Assembly: GCF_902652985.1 (NCBI RefSeq)
Contig: NC_047015.1
Coordinates: forward strand, 31,434,001 to 31,498,000
Direction of reading: 5' to 3'
DNA from: Pecten maximus
Lineage: Eukaryota
DNA length: 64,000 bases
Under the pieces are notes generated by a model, which saw only the letters and a list, made by a program, of their open reading frames with translations, was not told the origin of the DNA and made no database searches. Below, in pieces: positions 15,801 to 33,789 of the stretch (the stretch's first letter is position 1; each line of letters begins with the position of its first letter). The position numbers were made by a program, and so were the translations under genes.

Positions 15801-18800
15801 TACGTGGTAACCTTAAAAGACCATGACATTCTTACTAGGATCTAGGGACAATCAGCAGTCATAATTACAATATACGACCTAATCAGATCTGGTAACAAAC
15901 AAAGTGCGTTTTAAGTGCCAGGTCGTATGAGATAAATGGTTTGATGAGAAATAAATCATTCTCACCACCCTACGTTTACACAGCTGAAAGGGCATTTTAG
16001 ATTCAATAAAATAATGTATGTTTGAGTGCATGCACTGTTATCGAATGCTTTAAGAACAATGTAAATACTCCCATTTGTAGAGTGTAGCTGCAACTCTCGG
16101 TTTACTTATATTCACGGCATAAAATTACATAATGTTTACTTTGATAACTTTCGAGAATTAATATTGCTCCAACATAATGTTTTAGAGGCAATGTCGTTAG
16201 ACAACAGCGAGAAAATTAAATATGGCATTACATGGTCATTGCAAAGACCTGAGTGTTAACACGTTAAATGTAGAACCATGTAGGTCCAATTCAATACGAC
16301 CAATAACTGGTTAATACAATATTTAAATAACAGAGACTAGAGCGAAATTCCAATAATACAAGTTGGCAATTTCAGATATTAAACGAAGGAACATGTGGTG
16401 ATGATCATTGAATACAGCGATCGTACATGGACTGACTTTACTATCCAATCAGTTTCTAAAGCATAACCAACGTACTGACTGGACATATCTGATTTTTTTT
16501 TAAACCAGATGATCAATTTAATATCCGTATCTACGATCTCATTCTCATCAAGTGCTTCTTCGCAGGATATTGCGTATCTTTATCAGAGGTGGTAACAAAC
16601 ACCATCCTTAATAAATACCCTCGTGTACTGAGGCCAGGCAAGATTTCTGAAGCACGGCGTGCATAATTGGTCTTAGGCCTGTCATAAAAACTGGATATTA
16701 GAGACAAGATGATGGATGTTACTACCCTGACATTTGGCCAGATAACGCGTCAGAGAATATTCAATAAATAAGATTTCAAGGGAATACGAGGTAGGCATTA
16801 ACCGATTCTTACTCCCGTACGTTTACGCGTAACATCCAATGTTTGACTCTTTCCAGGCTATACCTGGAGACCCGTGGTGTAGTTACAGAACAATATCACT
16901 AGTATCAGGTGGATCAAGGAGTTTGATTTAAGTGGAAACAGACATCGAATTGACAAACGTTTTGTCCTACGGCTTACACAGATTTAACAGATGCTCCGTC
17001 ATGTATCCAAAGTACATATTCCCCAAACCTCATCGAATACGCCTCGGATCAGTCTTAGAATAACTCCAAAGCTCGAATGTCCGGAAATAACGTTCAGCGC
17101 AAAAGTATGTTGTATAATATCATATCAATATCAAAGTAATTAAGTAGCGTTATTATTCATCTGATTAATCCGGAACAGTCCTTTAATTTGATTAGGTCAC
17201 AAAAGACCGCGTGGCATATTAAGGATTCATGTGTAAGTTTTAAACTAAAAAAGTGGCATGTTAGATAGTGTTACTATATATTCCCAGACGTATATGATAA
17301 TCGATGATTCATTTATGTTTGTATAGACTGTTCAGTCTAATTTTACCGGGAAAATCATTTGCTTAAATCTTAAGCTTCATTTATTCATTATAATATGAGT
17401 TTATATTCTCTTTATATAGTTGTGAAAATATTTGATTTTGTTCTCATAGGTAAAATAAATGTATGGATGTGTAATTTAGGTAGGACAGATTTTTCCATGC
17501 AATTTATTCTATTCTCGATATATGTTCCTGAGGTCAAAGAGAAGCGAACACGCAAACCATATTTGCATTATTGATTAGCATGCAAATTATTTTAAAACAG
17601 CCTCATTGTTCTCTTCTACCGTAGATCTATATCTATGTTCAGGTATTACTAACAAACAACGTTGATGACCGGATACTGAAAATGAAGTCCCATTCCATCA
17701 ATAATATTAACAACACTACCGTCCGGGGATAGTATGCTCTAAAACACAGCATCCGTCAATAGAATGTCCAATAGCAATGTATTCGGCAGGTATTTATTAT
17801 TCAAAATAAAAAAAGGTACTCATAGGATACATATTCGGACTGGAATGTCTTATTCAATTAGTAGAAACAGGTAATTCATCAAAGACATATTCAGACAGGA
17901 ATTTCTTATTCAATAAGTAGACTCATAGGAGACACAATTATTATTTGGTTATTTCCATTTTTATTTTCTACATTCTAAATACTAGAACGTGTAACATTTA
18001 CATGTGTATATAAGGACTGGTATTCAAAGTAAAGGATTATTGATAATAGGATGCATATTTCTCAACATAAGTTACACATGTCCTTTAAAATACGAGATGT
18101 ACATAGATTGGCTTCATGCTTTCTTACGTTGCTGCTCAAGTAAGTGCACAATAATGAAGGATACAAGTCATTTCGTCCTCTTACAGCTTACCGGCAAAGA
18201 TTGTCGAAGAACATCTAAATACAACATTTATTTTCTAAAATGACAAACTAGCAAACAGATAACAACAAAGAATGCCAAGAAAGGCTGTCATCAACACAAG
18301 CGACCAGCCAGAAAGAGCACAGAAGCCTCAAAAGTAAAAATGTTTAACAGAACAAAGGCTATGTCGTCCTGAGCAGAAGCCCTAGCCAACAAAATGTCAA
18401 CAGAGATTAGTCCACAAATGTCCGGCGTATCTCCAACAGAGAAGATCTGTTCAACAACTCGACACGTGTTTCCGAAAGAAAGAAAATTGAGCAACGTACT
18501 GGTATGTACAGCTAACGATCGAAACGAGAGATACGAGAGTGAGTAATCAAAGGGACAACGATTGTCATCCATTGACATGTGTCTAAGAGACTGGCAGCCC
18601 GTGAACGCTCAAATACATACCGAGGACGTCACAAAATGTCCAGAAGCTTTTCACACAAAAAAAGCAATAAATAATTGCATATCTGTATATAAGACAACTA
18701 TCGATCTGGTCAGATATTATGTATGCTCTAACGAATGTGAGTGTCCTTATGTAGCTGGGCTGCTGCTTCGTTTGCTTAAAGGCAATGTTGATGTAATTAC

Positions 18801-21800
18801 GCGTCGGGAATCAACATAGTTATAATATCATATATTCATCATAGTAATCTATATCAGATGTAATTGGATTCCAAATCGTTCCAATTTTCCTCATATGTTA
18901 TGTGTGGTTTGCCAGTAAGGATTATTGTATAGATTATAGTTATACTGGAGTAGAGTGTAGAGGGAGGTGGCGTACTATTGTTTGTACCTGATGTGCACTT
19001 TACACAACGATATACCGTACTCATATATATATATATATATAAAGATCAATGTTATATAAAAAAATAGTTTGATGAGTATTACCTTACAAATCTAGAAATT
19101 GTCCTATATATTGTAAGGAATGAATACGAACGGTTGAATATATTGCAATCATTCAGACTTGTCAGGTATCTTACCCAAATGAAAAACAAAGGCAATTCGT
19201 CAGTCAGGTTACCTTGAGTATTAAATATTTATGTACTGTATGTACTCATAAATCATATGCGTTCCTTAATGTATAGCACAAACAAATTCACCTACCTGGA
19301 TAGAGCAGACTTTAGTCTCTAGTTACGAGTATGATGTCCTAGTACCTCTTCCGTTTAAGTCCCAACAACAGTTAATACTGCCACAGGTAACTGTATAGTC
19401 ACAGCCCTGTACACACCGATACTCACCGCTCAATTGTCGCACTTTGATTTGCTGCTGATGGTGCTAGCACGTGGAGGCCTCGTCACCATCGTGAGGGAAA
19501 TCGATTTCCTATAGCGGACAGATATGACCGTATATCATGTTTTACATGTAGTGAATTCAATTCGTATTATAGTCCTGGTCTTTAATTACTGGAAATCATT
19601 GGCGTATAGTTTGGATGTAATAATTCAGCAATAAAAGGGAGGGTGATTGAACTTGGTTGAAAATCGTGTGTTACATTTGAATCGATTTTCACTTAATGTT
19701 TTCTTCCTCAGGAGGAATTTTATATATGAAGCAGTGAACATTATTTTGTGATTAACACCCGAGAGCTATTAACCTTTCCTGGTGAGCATTTTCTAACGTG
19801 GTTATTCACGTATGCATGTCCTCAAAGACTACTCACTAAATTCTGGCAATTGAAGTTCAGCTAACGAAATCAATATTAGATTGTTTTTCCTGTTTTGTTT
19901 CCATTGACCCAGTTTTCAGTAACACACTCGATACGGGGGTACTTTAACTAACCAATATATAAGGTTAACTTCAAATTGATTTTCTTGGAAAGGAATCCTG
20001 CGTATGATGCATATTCTTCGATAATGCATTTGCTGATGATACTTACTAGTTCACTAACTTAAAAATTGTATGACTAAGTGATGTGACTAGGTTCTGTAAC
20101 AATCTGTCCTATTTTGGCTGGTCGTCAATACTGCTGTGTCATGCTGAACTCGACGAATACCATTCGCACCACATGGCGTAATCAGAAATGTCCCACTTCG
20201 AAGCTATGGGACTATTTTCCATTGCAGCATTTCTCCTTTTGTGGAGGGAGTAATACCAAAGGGAACTCGTAACAATCGCTTGTTATCAAGATATGAAAAG
20301 ATAAAGATTCATCGTCTATATTGGTGTGTTTTGCGTTTTTCGAAAGGTGGGACTTGAGAAAAACGAGTGAGGCTTGATAGTCAGGCCCCTATTCAACCAG
20401 AGAAGTTCCTTAACTTCATTTTCTCTATGAAAGCATTACAGAATGTTCGGAAAGTTTCTGAGTTAAGAAAATTCCTTTAATGGGATACGAAACAGTCTTA
20501 GCATGCCATGAACGTCAGACCATAAAGTACAGTCAAAGTTAACTCTAGTGGCCTACTGAAGCAACCCGCTTAGCTTCATGGAACATTGGGAAATGGTTAT
20601 ATTTCACTTAGTTTGGGCACCGAAACGTCCGGCAAATAACATGCAATTCCTCAAGTGAGTAGCTTAAAAAGTACGGCATGTCAGCACTTCAACTTCGTCA
20701 CGATTAAACTTAGCAGGAAACAAACTTAGTTGCACACTTGTTCATATATGAAGTTAATCCTGTTGCACGCCCTTGTCCATCGTAATGGCCGATAGGAAAA
20801 TCTGTGTCAAACTAGGCCATGTGTCAAACATTTACTTTTTGGTTACAACTTTTTTTCACATCACAACCGTGTTAAACATTTGAAATGTCAATGCTGATTG
20901 GTTATTGGATAGCCACGATCTAATCAGCGTTTAAAGCATTTAAACCCTAACTAACTTATTTTTTACCCTAATTGGGGTCCAGAAAAAAGCATAATTGCTT
21001 ACTGGATCAACAATAAAATAGTTTTCCTGATTTATTTTACCGAGAGAGAAAAGAGTATTTTTTCAGTTTGTAAAATAAGCATGTAAATATTTCACAAACA
21101 TGTCTGTTATATGTCTCTAATTGTTCTTTAGTGCTACTCATGGAGACATGTTCTGCATTATAAATAATAAACCATGGCTATGTATTTAACACACACATAC
21201 AATGAAATCCGATCTACAACTGATATTTGACGTTTATTTCAAATTGAAATAGAAATAGAAATTATCATCAGATCGATGAATTTGAATGCTATGAGCTCAA
21301 TGTAATGTCATGCAGTGGACATGGTAACAGTATGCATCATCTAGTCACCGTACTTTGATAAAAAGGATGATCGGTGCCAAGGGAGACAACCACGAAAACA
21401 AATTACTATCATTTGATTTGGTTGTTGTATGTGACCAATGGAGAAAGATTGATTCATATAAAATGGCAGGATCAATTCCATTTTGAATGAGTATTTTTGA
21501 ATATTGCCAAGTGTGAATGTTTGAATAGACAATAGATAGAGGAATTTGATCTTTGTCTTAGAAGATTATTAAACTGTGATCCACAATAGAAATCAATCTT
21601 AGATAAAAACAAAATAACAATGTCGTTATCACCCATGAAAAAACAACAATTTAATTATAATTCAAGACAACAAAATGACATACAATAAATACATATCGAT
21701 TCAATAATATTGTCATCAAATATTATATGCAATTATGCAGCTATTTGTGGACATACTGCGTTGCGCATGCGCGGGTTTCTCGCTCAAGGTGAACGATATT

Positions 21801-22487
21801 TCAAAAATAAAGGAATTTTGAAAATTCAAAAGTGTATGCCCCTGATCAATAACTTTGACCTTTCTTCGTCACAAACATATAAAAAAAATCAAACTTCAAC
21901 CTTAAAAAAACGCATTATCATACACAAAACTCAAAATGTTTGGCTCTGACACTAAAGTATAGAAACTTTCCAATTTTATACCATTTAAAGAATAAAAAAT
22001 AAAAGTTAGATGCGTCATTTTTGAGGCGAAAATTGCACTTAACTTTAGTTCTTTGAAGTATCACAGTGATTCATGTAAACTCACCTTTCATATTTGTATA
22101 ATTAGACTTGCCAAGCCATTTCGCTATTCAACAATACTAGGTGTATTTGTTTACCATACTTGCATGGAAGCATTGATCTTTGAACTTCTGTATGGAACTG
22201 TCAGTAAACGAACACCTTTTACCATATACATAACGTTTTTAATACAGTAAAATTATATATATATATAAATTGTTTTTAAAATATCACTTAATGTTTGTAT
22301 TATTTATTGATATTTCACACGTAAAAACATAAAGAAATAAAGTTTCAACTTAAAGTGAAGAGTCAGCATTGGCTGTTTTAACAATGGTAATTCCACTCAC
22401 CAGTAACCGTCTTTTACGGTATAACGATGTCATTTACAAATGAGGATTGATTAACATAAAAATATAATAGAAAGTCATGAAGTGTAA

Positions 22488-22624
22488 ATATAGTGATTGG
22501 ATTTCGCGTTTATGTTAACCATGCTTTTGTGCAGCAATTCCTCTCAGAATTCAATCGCTACCACGACCCATACAATATATTCTTAGAGAAATTGCTTCAT
22601 AAAAGTGAAATCCTATCCCTATAT
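22488..22624. repeat. Inverted repeat / small MITE
   Basis: ATATAGTGATTGGATTTC...TTTTGTGCAGCAATTCCTCTCAGAAT versus ATTCTTAGAGAAATTGCTTCATAAAAGTGAAATCCTATCCCTATAT. Confidence 0.55.
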
Positions 22625-23054
22625 ATCGATCAATTTCGCACTCAGATCGATAACCGCTAATTGGACGTAACCAATGATATCCCGTAGAAATAACTGAATT
22701 AGTTTAAAAGATCAGTGAGGTTAAGGGACAAAAATGTAAAGAACTAGACTAATGATTAACGATTTATCAACAAATTATACCAGATTGCCAGAGTTTCGAT
22801 ATAACAGAATTCGTAAAAATGATGCTTGTAATTGTAATTTTTCAACATGGAAAATAAACACATATCACTTCTGATACTGTACTCCAGGGTCTTTCACGCG
22901 CAAAAGACCAGTTTTCTTAATGAAATTGTTTCTACGATTCCATCACTCATATGATGATATAATCGTCTCTTAAACATATCACAGTAAGCTTTGCGTGTTA
23001 ATTTCAGTCGTGATGACGTCCTTCAATTACATAAAATTTGTTTATCACATGTTG

Positions 23055-26929
<3,875 letters not shown>

Positions 26930-27011
26930 AGTGTCAGTGTATTGGGCTGGCGTCGTGTGTTGTGTAGAGTTTACCTACCAATGTCAATGCGAGGCACAGT
27001 AAACATCTAAT

Positions 27012-27020
27012 CTATTTATA
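27012..27020 (-). promoter_or_regulatory. TATA box of copy A
   Basis: TATAAATAG on the minus strand ~85 nt upstream of the ATG at 26929; the same 9-mer lies upstream of copy D. Confidence 0.5.
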
Positions 27021-27964
27021 GCAACAGACGTCAACAGTGTATAAACCTTTTCCAACCGTGAGTTGTTAACATAACAATGCTGCTTATGTATGTACATGTA
27101 GGTATGTCTTTTAAGTATAGTTGTATCTCGGGATCTGTCGGGTTCATCCAACCAGAAACAAATCGAGATATGTACAGTAACTATTGCTGTTTTAAGATTC
27201 CAATATTACACACAACACGATCCAGACACTCGGTCGTACCTATATTTCTATATTCTAACACTCGTATTCAATATTTCTCACTTCGCTTCTGAATTTCCAA
27301 TTCTTGTTTGTCATAACTGGTATGTTCTTATCTTGTTTATACACCGTATCTTTATCAACATACATTCAACACTTATTTTAAATTATTATCAATTTGTGTG
27401 TGATAATCCTGATCACAAATGGCTATAATAAGGTGTACATATAATTATATTGATTTCTGACTTAGGTTATAGATATAACATAATTAGCTGATTTCCACAT
27501 TCATTAGAAATTGATATAGATTTATTAAACTTTTGTAACTCAAATGTTTTCTTTAGTTAGGAGGTAGGGCGAAAGGATTTGTTTTCTTTGGTTAACTCGA
27601 TATGGAAACCGTATCAAAACAATATTTGACCACTCCAATTTATCAAGGACCAATGTTTAACACACTAGGATGTATACAGGCAATATGACATCCAAGAACT
27701 CAATAAAAAAGGCAGCTATCGAACAGTAGATTTCATCAAACCATTATAAACAACAAACTAACGTGTTCCTAGCTCCCTATAAATCAATAGCTAACAGTTT
27801 GTGTATTCGGGTGTCGTCGGGGAAGCATAGGACGCTTGTCCTTCTCGAACACCTGGTCATGTTCTCCATGTAAGTATATTTAAAGTATAAGTTTAATCGC
27901 TTTAGAATTAGATTATGTTTTCGTTTGCATATCAATACACGAAATGTATTCTGTTTTTCAGTAC

Positions 27965-28200
27965 CTTATGTAACGTATAGGTCCAATAATGCACGTGTAC
28001 AATATACCCTCACAAGCTATCTTATGGTCCCCTGATACATGTGTACAATATACCACCAAATAGGTATTCTATATCCCCCTGATACACAATACACCACAAA
28101 ATAGATATCCTATAGTCCCCTAATACACATGTACAATATACCACCACATAGGTATTTTATGGTCCCCTGATACACGTGTACAATATACCACCAAATAGTA
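27965..28200. repeat. Diverged ~40-48 nt tandem repeat
   Basis: ATGGTCCCCTGATACA(C/T)GTGTACAATATACCACCAAATAG, about 5 copies. Confidence 0.75.
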
Positions 28201-29639
28201 ACAATTACGTAAACAAAGGCTACATGAGTTATAAGGTCAGTTCGATGTATGTATATGTGAATTAAGATTATGTGAATGATTTTGTAAAGCAATAACAGCG
28301 TACTGTAGCAGAATATTTTTATTTTATTTTACAGAACAAGCGTTCATGTGACTGAACTGATTTAGGCATATTTTGAAATGAGGCAAAAACAGCAAAGAAT
28401 ACTAATATAATAAACAGTTCTTACAATGACTGCCTATTTTCTCCGACATTGTATTTGGTTTACATTTAAATTTGATTCTAGATATAATTAACGTGTACAT
28501 ATATCTGGTCATTTCCGACTCCTATAATTACAAATCCAACTAAGATAAATTGTATTTTCACGAAAAGCGTAGTGTAGTGCAATCAACCGTGGATATCTGA
28601 CGATCGATGAGAACTACCTAACATGTATTTTAGATACAGTTGGAGTGGGAATTAATTAGAATTTTTTTGAAGTGTATATGAAGGGGCAATTTTGTTGATA
28701 TCAACCATTCAATCAATCTATTTATCTATTAAAGTGTCACAAAATAAATATTTAAATTTAGGTCATACATTTCATATAAAATACATTTGAAACTTAAAAA
28801 CTATATATATTGCCCAGCCAAATTTGATTGATAAGACACTAAGTTAATAATTATTTTCATGAGAACATATAACTATACAATCATACAATATGAAATAATA
28901 GCATTCTAAAGGTAATCGTCTTTTAAGCACGAGATATGCTGATTTCGCTATAATAAATTGCAGGTTAGGTCCATTCATAAGATAAACAAGTTGATCGATA
29001 GATCAATGCTGAGAAATTATTCATTACATACATTGCTCTATCAAATACAAATATCCATATATCATTATACAGAATAACAATCGGATATAAAAGATATTTC
29101 ATTCTCTAACACATTTTCATTCAAATCATTTGAACAATATTTACACATGCGGTCTGCTAGAGGCACAGGTTGGTAATTAAAACGACCAGACTATATACCA
29201 AGTGGTAAACTCCCTTTGCTAAACTGTTCCGATATAGTCGATATAGGCTGAGTTGCGTAAACAATTTTTGTCTTTTTATATTATAGGTTGTATGTTCTAA
29301 GATTATTAGCTCCATTACGGTCATCTCACAGCTTAAAGATAGTACGTCCTTCAAGGTCTGACATATGTTGCGTCGTGAATGTTTTTTATCCAACTAGGAA
29401 ATTCGGTTAATGAGCCTACTGGATATAAAGGGATGGGACGCATTAAAATTCATTTGTTTGTTTCCTGCATGGGGAATTTGAATACTGCATTTTATTATGT
29501 AGATTTAATAGATAAAGATAATTTTTTAATACACGGAATACTTAGATAAGTATTCTATGATTGTTATGTATCATATCTCAGCTACATTGCACGACCAGTA
29601 TATAGATTAGTAATTAACGTCTTGGTATAATGATTGATT

Positions 29640-30600
29640 ATACGTGAAACATAGAAATCATCCCTTAAATAATCTATCGTTGCCATCCTACTTTAAATGC
29701 ACCGAGAATAATTTGTTGTCCATAGGTAAAATAGATGTAAAGATTATCAATGCATACCTATGAAAGATAGCAAGCATGATTTATCAAGTATAGTATAAAG
29801 AGTGTGAGTATAAAGAGTGTGTTTGTGTGTGGGGTGGAGGGGAGGGGTGAGTGAGGGTGTGTGTAAGGGTATGCGTGTAAGGGTGTGTGTGTTTGTGTGA
29901 GGTTGTGTAAGGGTGTGTGTGAGAGTGGATGGGATAGGGGTATTTCTATATAAAAGCATAGTGGATAAGTAAATCAAATGCAAGTCAAGTACTAAATCTT
30001 TCTCTTGGCGTTGCAAATTATGGAAGTTCAATAAATGAAGAATGATAAGACACACCTCTGACAAATCATGATCACTCTCTTATATATACTATTCAGGAAG
30101 AGAAGGATCTAAGAAAGCATGTTTCTACATACCAAGGAAACATATTCCCTATGTAGATTTACGAAGATATTTTTATATTGAATTTGCTTCTACAGAATGC
30201 TCTATAAACACATTACCGTTCTGATATTAAAATAACGTAATTGTTTCAACAAAACAAATGAATTCTTTACCTGCTTCATTCGTCGTCTGGCGTTAAATCC
30301 AATATTGTGGCGATGTTGTAGGTGTCTGGAGAAACAAAGATCTGTGCAATTGGCTGATGTTTTACCAGTTATAATGCACTGCGTGGGAAAGACGCAGCTT
30401 TTTCAAATACATGTGATCTATGTTTTGTAACACACGTCAACGGTGTTTGTGTTTGGACATTTAACCGGCATTTCAAATATATATATTTGGCTTCAGAATA
30501 GACCTTTTCATAAATCTTAGTACAGTCGAAAGGAAACACGTGCCATTGCTTCGTTTAGGACATACTGTCACTTACGACATGAGGGAAATTCCACTGAATA
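29640..30600 (-). pseudogene. Orphan duplicate of copy C promoter + exon 1 + part of intron 1 (C')
   Basis: Aligns to ~38550-39465 (shared AGAAACAAAGATCTGTGCAA, ATTATCAATGCATACCTATGAAA, CTCTGACAAATCATGATCACTCTCT). Exon 30271-30303 reads ATT GGA TTT AAC GCC AGA CGA CGA ATG AAG CAG|gtaaag: the original ATG is mutated to ATT, the donor is intact. Confidence 0.85.
29800..29940. repeat. GT-rich low-complexity tract
   Basis: Degenerate (GT)n/GAGG tract present in C' but absent from the homologous intron of copy C. Confidence 0.8.
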
Positions 30601-30619
30601 ATTTCATAATTAAACGAGT

Positions 30620-30866
30620 TTTATCATATACGACGAAGTTGATTGTATTTTGTTCAAATCAAATTAATGCTGAGTGATCACTTGAGATGACGGAGAGGGA
30701 CTTCAGTGATGAGAGTAGATTCATTCGAAAATGGATCTTTTAGGATGGTGTTATAATAACATTCCAATGAATCAAGACTATCAAAAGATATTTAGGAACG
30801 GGGAAATTATCCCTCAGCATTAATTAGATTCGAAAAAATTCAATCAAACTTTGTCTTATATAATAA
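30620..30866. mobile_element. MITE/foldback element with ~65 nt inverted arms
   Basis: TTATCATATACGACGAAGTTGATTGTATTTTGTTCAAATCAAATTAATGCTGAG matches the reverse complement of ~30812-30866. Confidence 0.65.
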
Positions 30867-31083
30867 ATATATTATATATTATAATAAATATATAATATCA
30901 TATAATATAATGATATTTTTTTCTAAAATTAAACATGCTGAGTTGTCATGAGATTTTGATGACCGACTTTCCAGGAAAAATTATCAAACTAATTGCTTAT
31001 TAATTAAACCCAACAAATTGCAAGTTTATGTCAAATCAAGATGAACTTTCTCTATGGCATCATATGTACACACAACAAATAAA

Positions 31084-32605
31084 AACAAGAGGCCCAGAGG
31101 GCCTATATCGCTCACCAGGTTTTTTGAGCAAGCATTAAAATAATGTTTAAGATCCATTTCCTAATAGCTTTATTTGTTGATGTATGATTATGTTGTGGGG
31201 ATCTCAACTGCTTCATAGATATAACCCAGAAATATAGTCAAGATTCAACATGACTGTATTTAAAGAAACTATAAGTATCATGGGGTGGTGGGAACCATGG
31301 GCTTATTTACATCAGGATTGTGTTCATCTATTGATGCCAAAGAAGCCTATATATGATAATGGGGTGGGGATCTGAATGGTTTCAAAGATAAAACAAAAGA
31401 AATAAGTCTTCAAGGGTGGGGAAAGACCCCAGACCCCAGGGGGTGGGGTGGGGATGAGGGGTGTCAGCCCAATTATTTGTGTAAACCTCCTGGGAATGTT
31501 ACCGCTGAAATATCAATGTCATACAATGCTTACTTCAAAAGGAGAAGTCATTAATATTAATATTGCCAAATGGACCCCTTTTAGATAAGTCGCTTATATA
31601 TATTTAGCCTAATTGACCCCTTTCGACTCAACACTCAGCCTCCTGGGGGCAATTTATATAGGAATACCCCTAATGACGCTTCCAGTCAAATATGATAGAT
31701 ATTCATCGCTTACTTCAAGACAATTATTTATAGCGTTTTAGCCAAATTAACCTATTTGGCCCCGCCCTTCAGTCCCTGGGGGATCAGCCTCACCATATGT
31801 ACAATGTTGAATCCCCACCCCATAACGATGCTACCAGACAAATATGAGCTATATCCATTTCTTAGTTCCAGAGAAGTTGTTTATATCCATTAAGCCGAAT
31901 TGACCACTTTTGGCCCTACCCCTGACCCTGCCCCCAGTGTCAGCCCCACCATTTCTACAATTTTGATTCCCTACTCCATAAGGATGCTACAATTTAAATA
32001 TGACTGATATCCATTGCTTACTTTCAGGGAAAAGGCTGTCTATATCAATTTAGCCAAATAGACCCATTTCGGCCCCGCCCCACAAGGCCACAGAGCCCCC
32101 AGGGTCAGCCCCCACCATTTGTACAATTTTGAATTCCTACCTTATAAGGATGCTACCAGTCAAATATGAGTGATATCCATTGCTTAGTTTCAAAGAAGTC
32201 GTCGTTTATATAAATTTAGCCAAACTGACCCCTTTTGGCCCCAACCTCTGGCCCCCCGGGGGTCAGCCCATTCATTTGTACAATTTTGAATTCCTACCCT
32301 TGGACGATGCTATACCAGACAAACTTTAGTGATATCCATTGCTTAGTTCCAGAGAAGAAGTCGTTTATATCTAATGGGCAAATTGACCCTTTTTAGTCCC
32401 GCTCCTCAGTCCCCAGGGGGTTCAGCCCCTCCATTTGTACAATTCTAATCCCCAGCCCATAATGATGCTACCAGTCAAACTTTGTTCAATTCCGATCAGC
32501 GGTTTTGAAAAAGAAGTCAACTGTTGACGGACTGACGGACGACGGACGACGGACGCCGGACGCCACGGTATGGCATAAGCTCCTTCGGACCAGGTGAGCT
32601 AAAAA
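31084..32605. mobile_element. Non-autonomous Helentron-type element (HINE/pearl-like) with tandem core repeats
   Basis: Begins AACAAGAGGCCCAGAGGGCC (hairpin) then GCTCACC. About 5-6 diverged 156-166 nt core units (marker near 31801, 31957, 32123, 32280, 32439). GACG/GAC microsatellite at ~32526-32563. Ends GGTGAGCTAAAAA (inverse of GCTCACC); inserted in an A run. Confidence 0.8.
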
Positions 32606-33070
32606 TGAACCACCGTATGATTTGATAAACACTATCCTCACAGACGTAGGTAGCGAAGTCTTAGATTGCTGTACAGCTAACGCCGTTTTATATGATTATT
32701 ATTGGAATCATTGAAATAGCTACATTTGTTTAAAACATCAGTGAGGCTACGGGACAAAAGTGACGGAGTGATGATTAACGATTTTTTAACAAATGATACC
32801 AGCATGAATTTCGATATAACATAATTCATAAAAATGATTGTAATTCAATGTTAACTACGTGGATATATATGAAGTATCATTCCTTATACTATAGTTTAGA
32901 ATGCAAATAACGTGTCTTACAGGTTAATACACAAACTCAGAATACCTTAAGTTTTCCTAATCAAATTGTTATTAAGATTCAATTAGTCATAATTCATATC
33001 ACAGTAAGCTTTGCGTGTTAATGTCAATCGTGATGACGTCCTTTAATTACAAAAAGTTTATCACATGTTG

Positions 33071-33611
33071 TCATCGTGCGTACTTATCGGTCCATTCCTT
33101 AGCAGTTGCGTTGAATCTTGTCTGGTCGTTTTTGTAAACATTGGCAATTTCAAATGCTAGGGGGTCATCAGTATTAGCTTCCTTAAAAAGTGAAATAACA
33201 CCCAATAAAACTGAAACAAAACACGGGTAGATTATAACATACGTGTAAAAAAAATTGTATTTTTAAGTCACAAAAAAGCAATAATTTGAAAGTATAAAAT
33301 GCGACTTCCTGACATTTTGTTCTTCATGAAAAAAGTGCGCGACACACAGGGATTCTATCTCTCAAAATGTTATTAATACTTATGTTGAACATACAGCCAA
33401 ACGGGTATTATGGCATGTATATAGTCATATGGTTATATGGTTATCTTTCATAAGAATGATGACAAGTTACCATATTTATTGCAAAGTTTAACGGATACCC
33501 GTTACCTTTATCCATAGTTATGGCCGGTGACCATCTCCTCTCCAAGATTTCCACATAAATATCACCATTGCTGTTAACATTAGGGTGGTATATTCTTGTA
33601 TCAAATCTGAC
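33071..33611 (-). pseudogene. Partial UBE2D-like copy B (exons 5-6 only; catalytic Cys->Tyr); sister of copy A
   Basis: Exons 33506-33611 (106 nt) and 33071-33210 (140 nt), with intact splice sites and open frame: [84 protein letters not shown] replaces TGT at 33555-33557. Flanks ~32700-33790 align to copy A flanks ~22680-23575. No exons 1-4 found. Confidence 0.85.
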
Positions 33612-33789
33612 CTGAAATGCGAATTTAATGTCGGTACTAATATGACTACGAAAGGTATGAAATTTAAATATAAAACATTGAATTCACGACTATTGCAGTA
33701 ATATCTGTGAATTCAATGTTTCTTTGGTATAACCTGCATGACACGTTTAAAATGATTTGAGCATTGAAATAGTTGCACGGTTTAGAAAA

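Noticed and set aside
20555-20635. Further hammerhead candidate (GAAACGTC at ~20622)
   Set aside because: No properly placed CTGANGA core or stems.
29400-29470. Possible exon 2 remnant of C'
   Set aside because: An acceptor-like tgcag|GAA sits near the expected place, but the following sequence does not align to exon 2.
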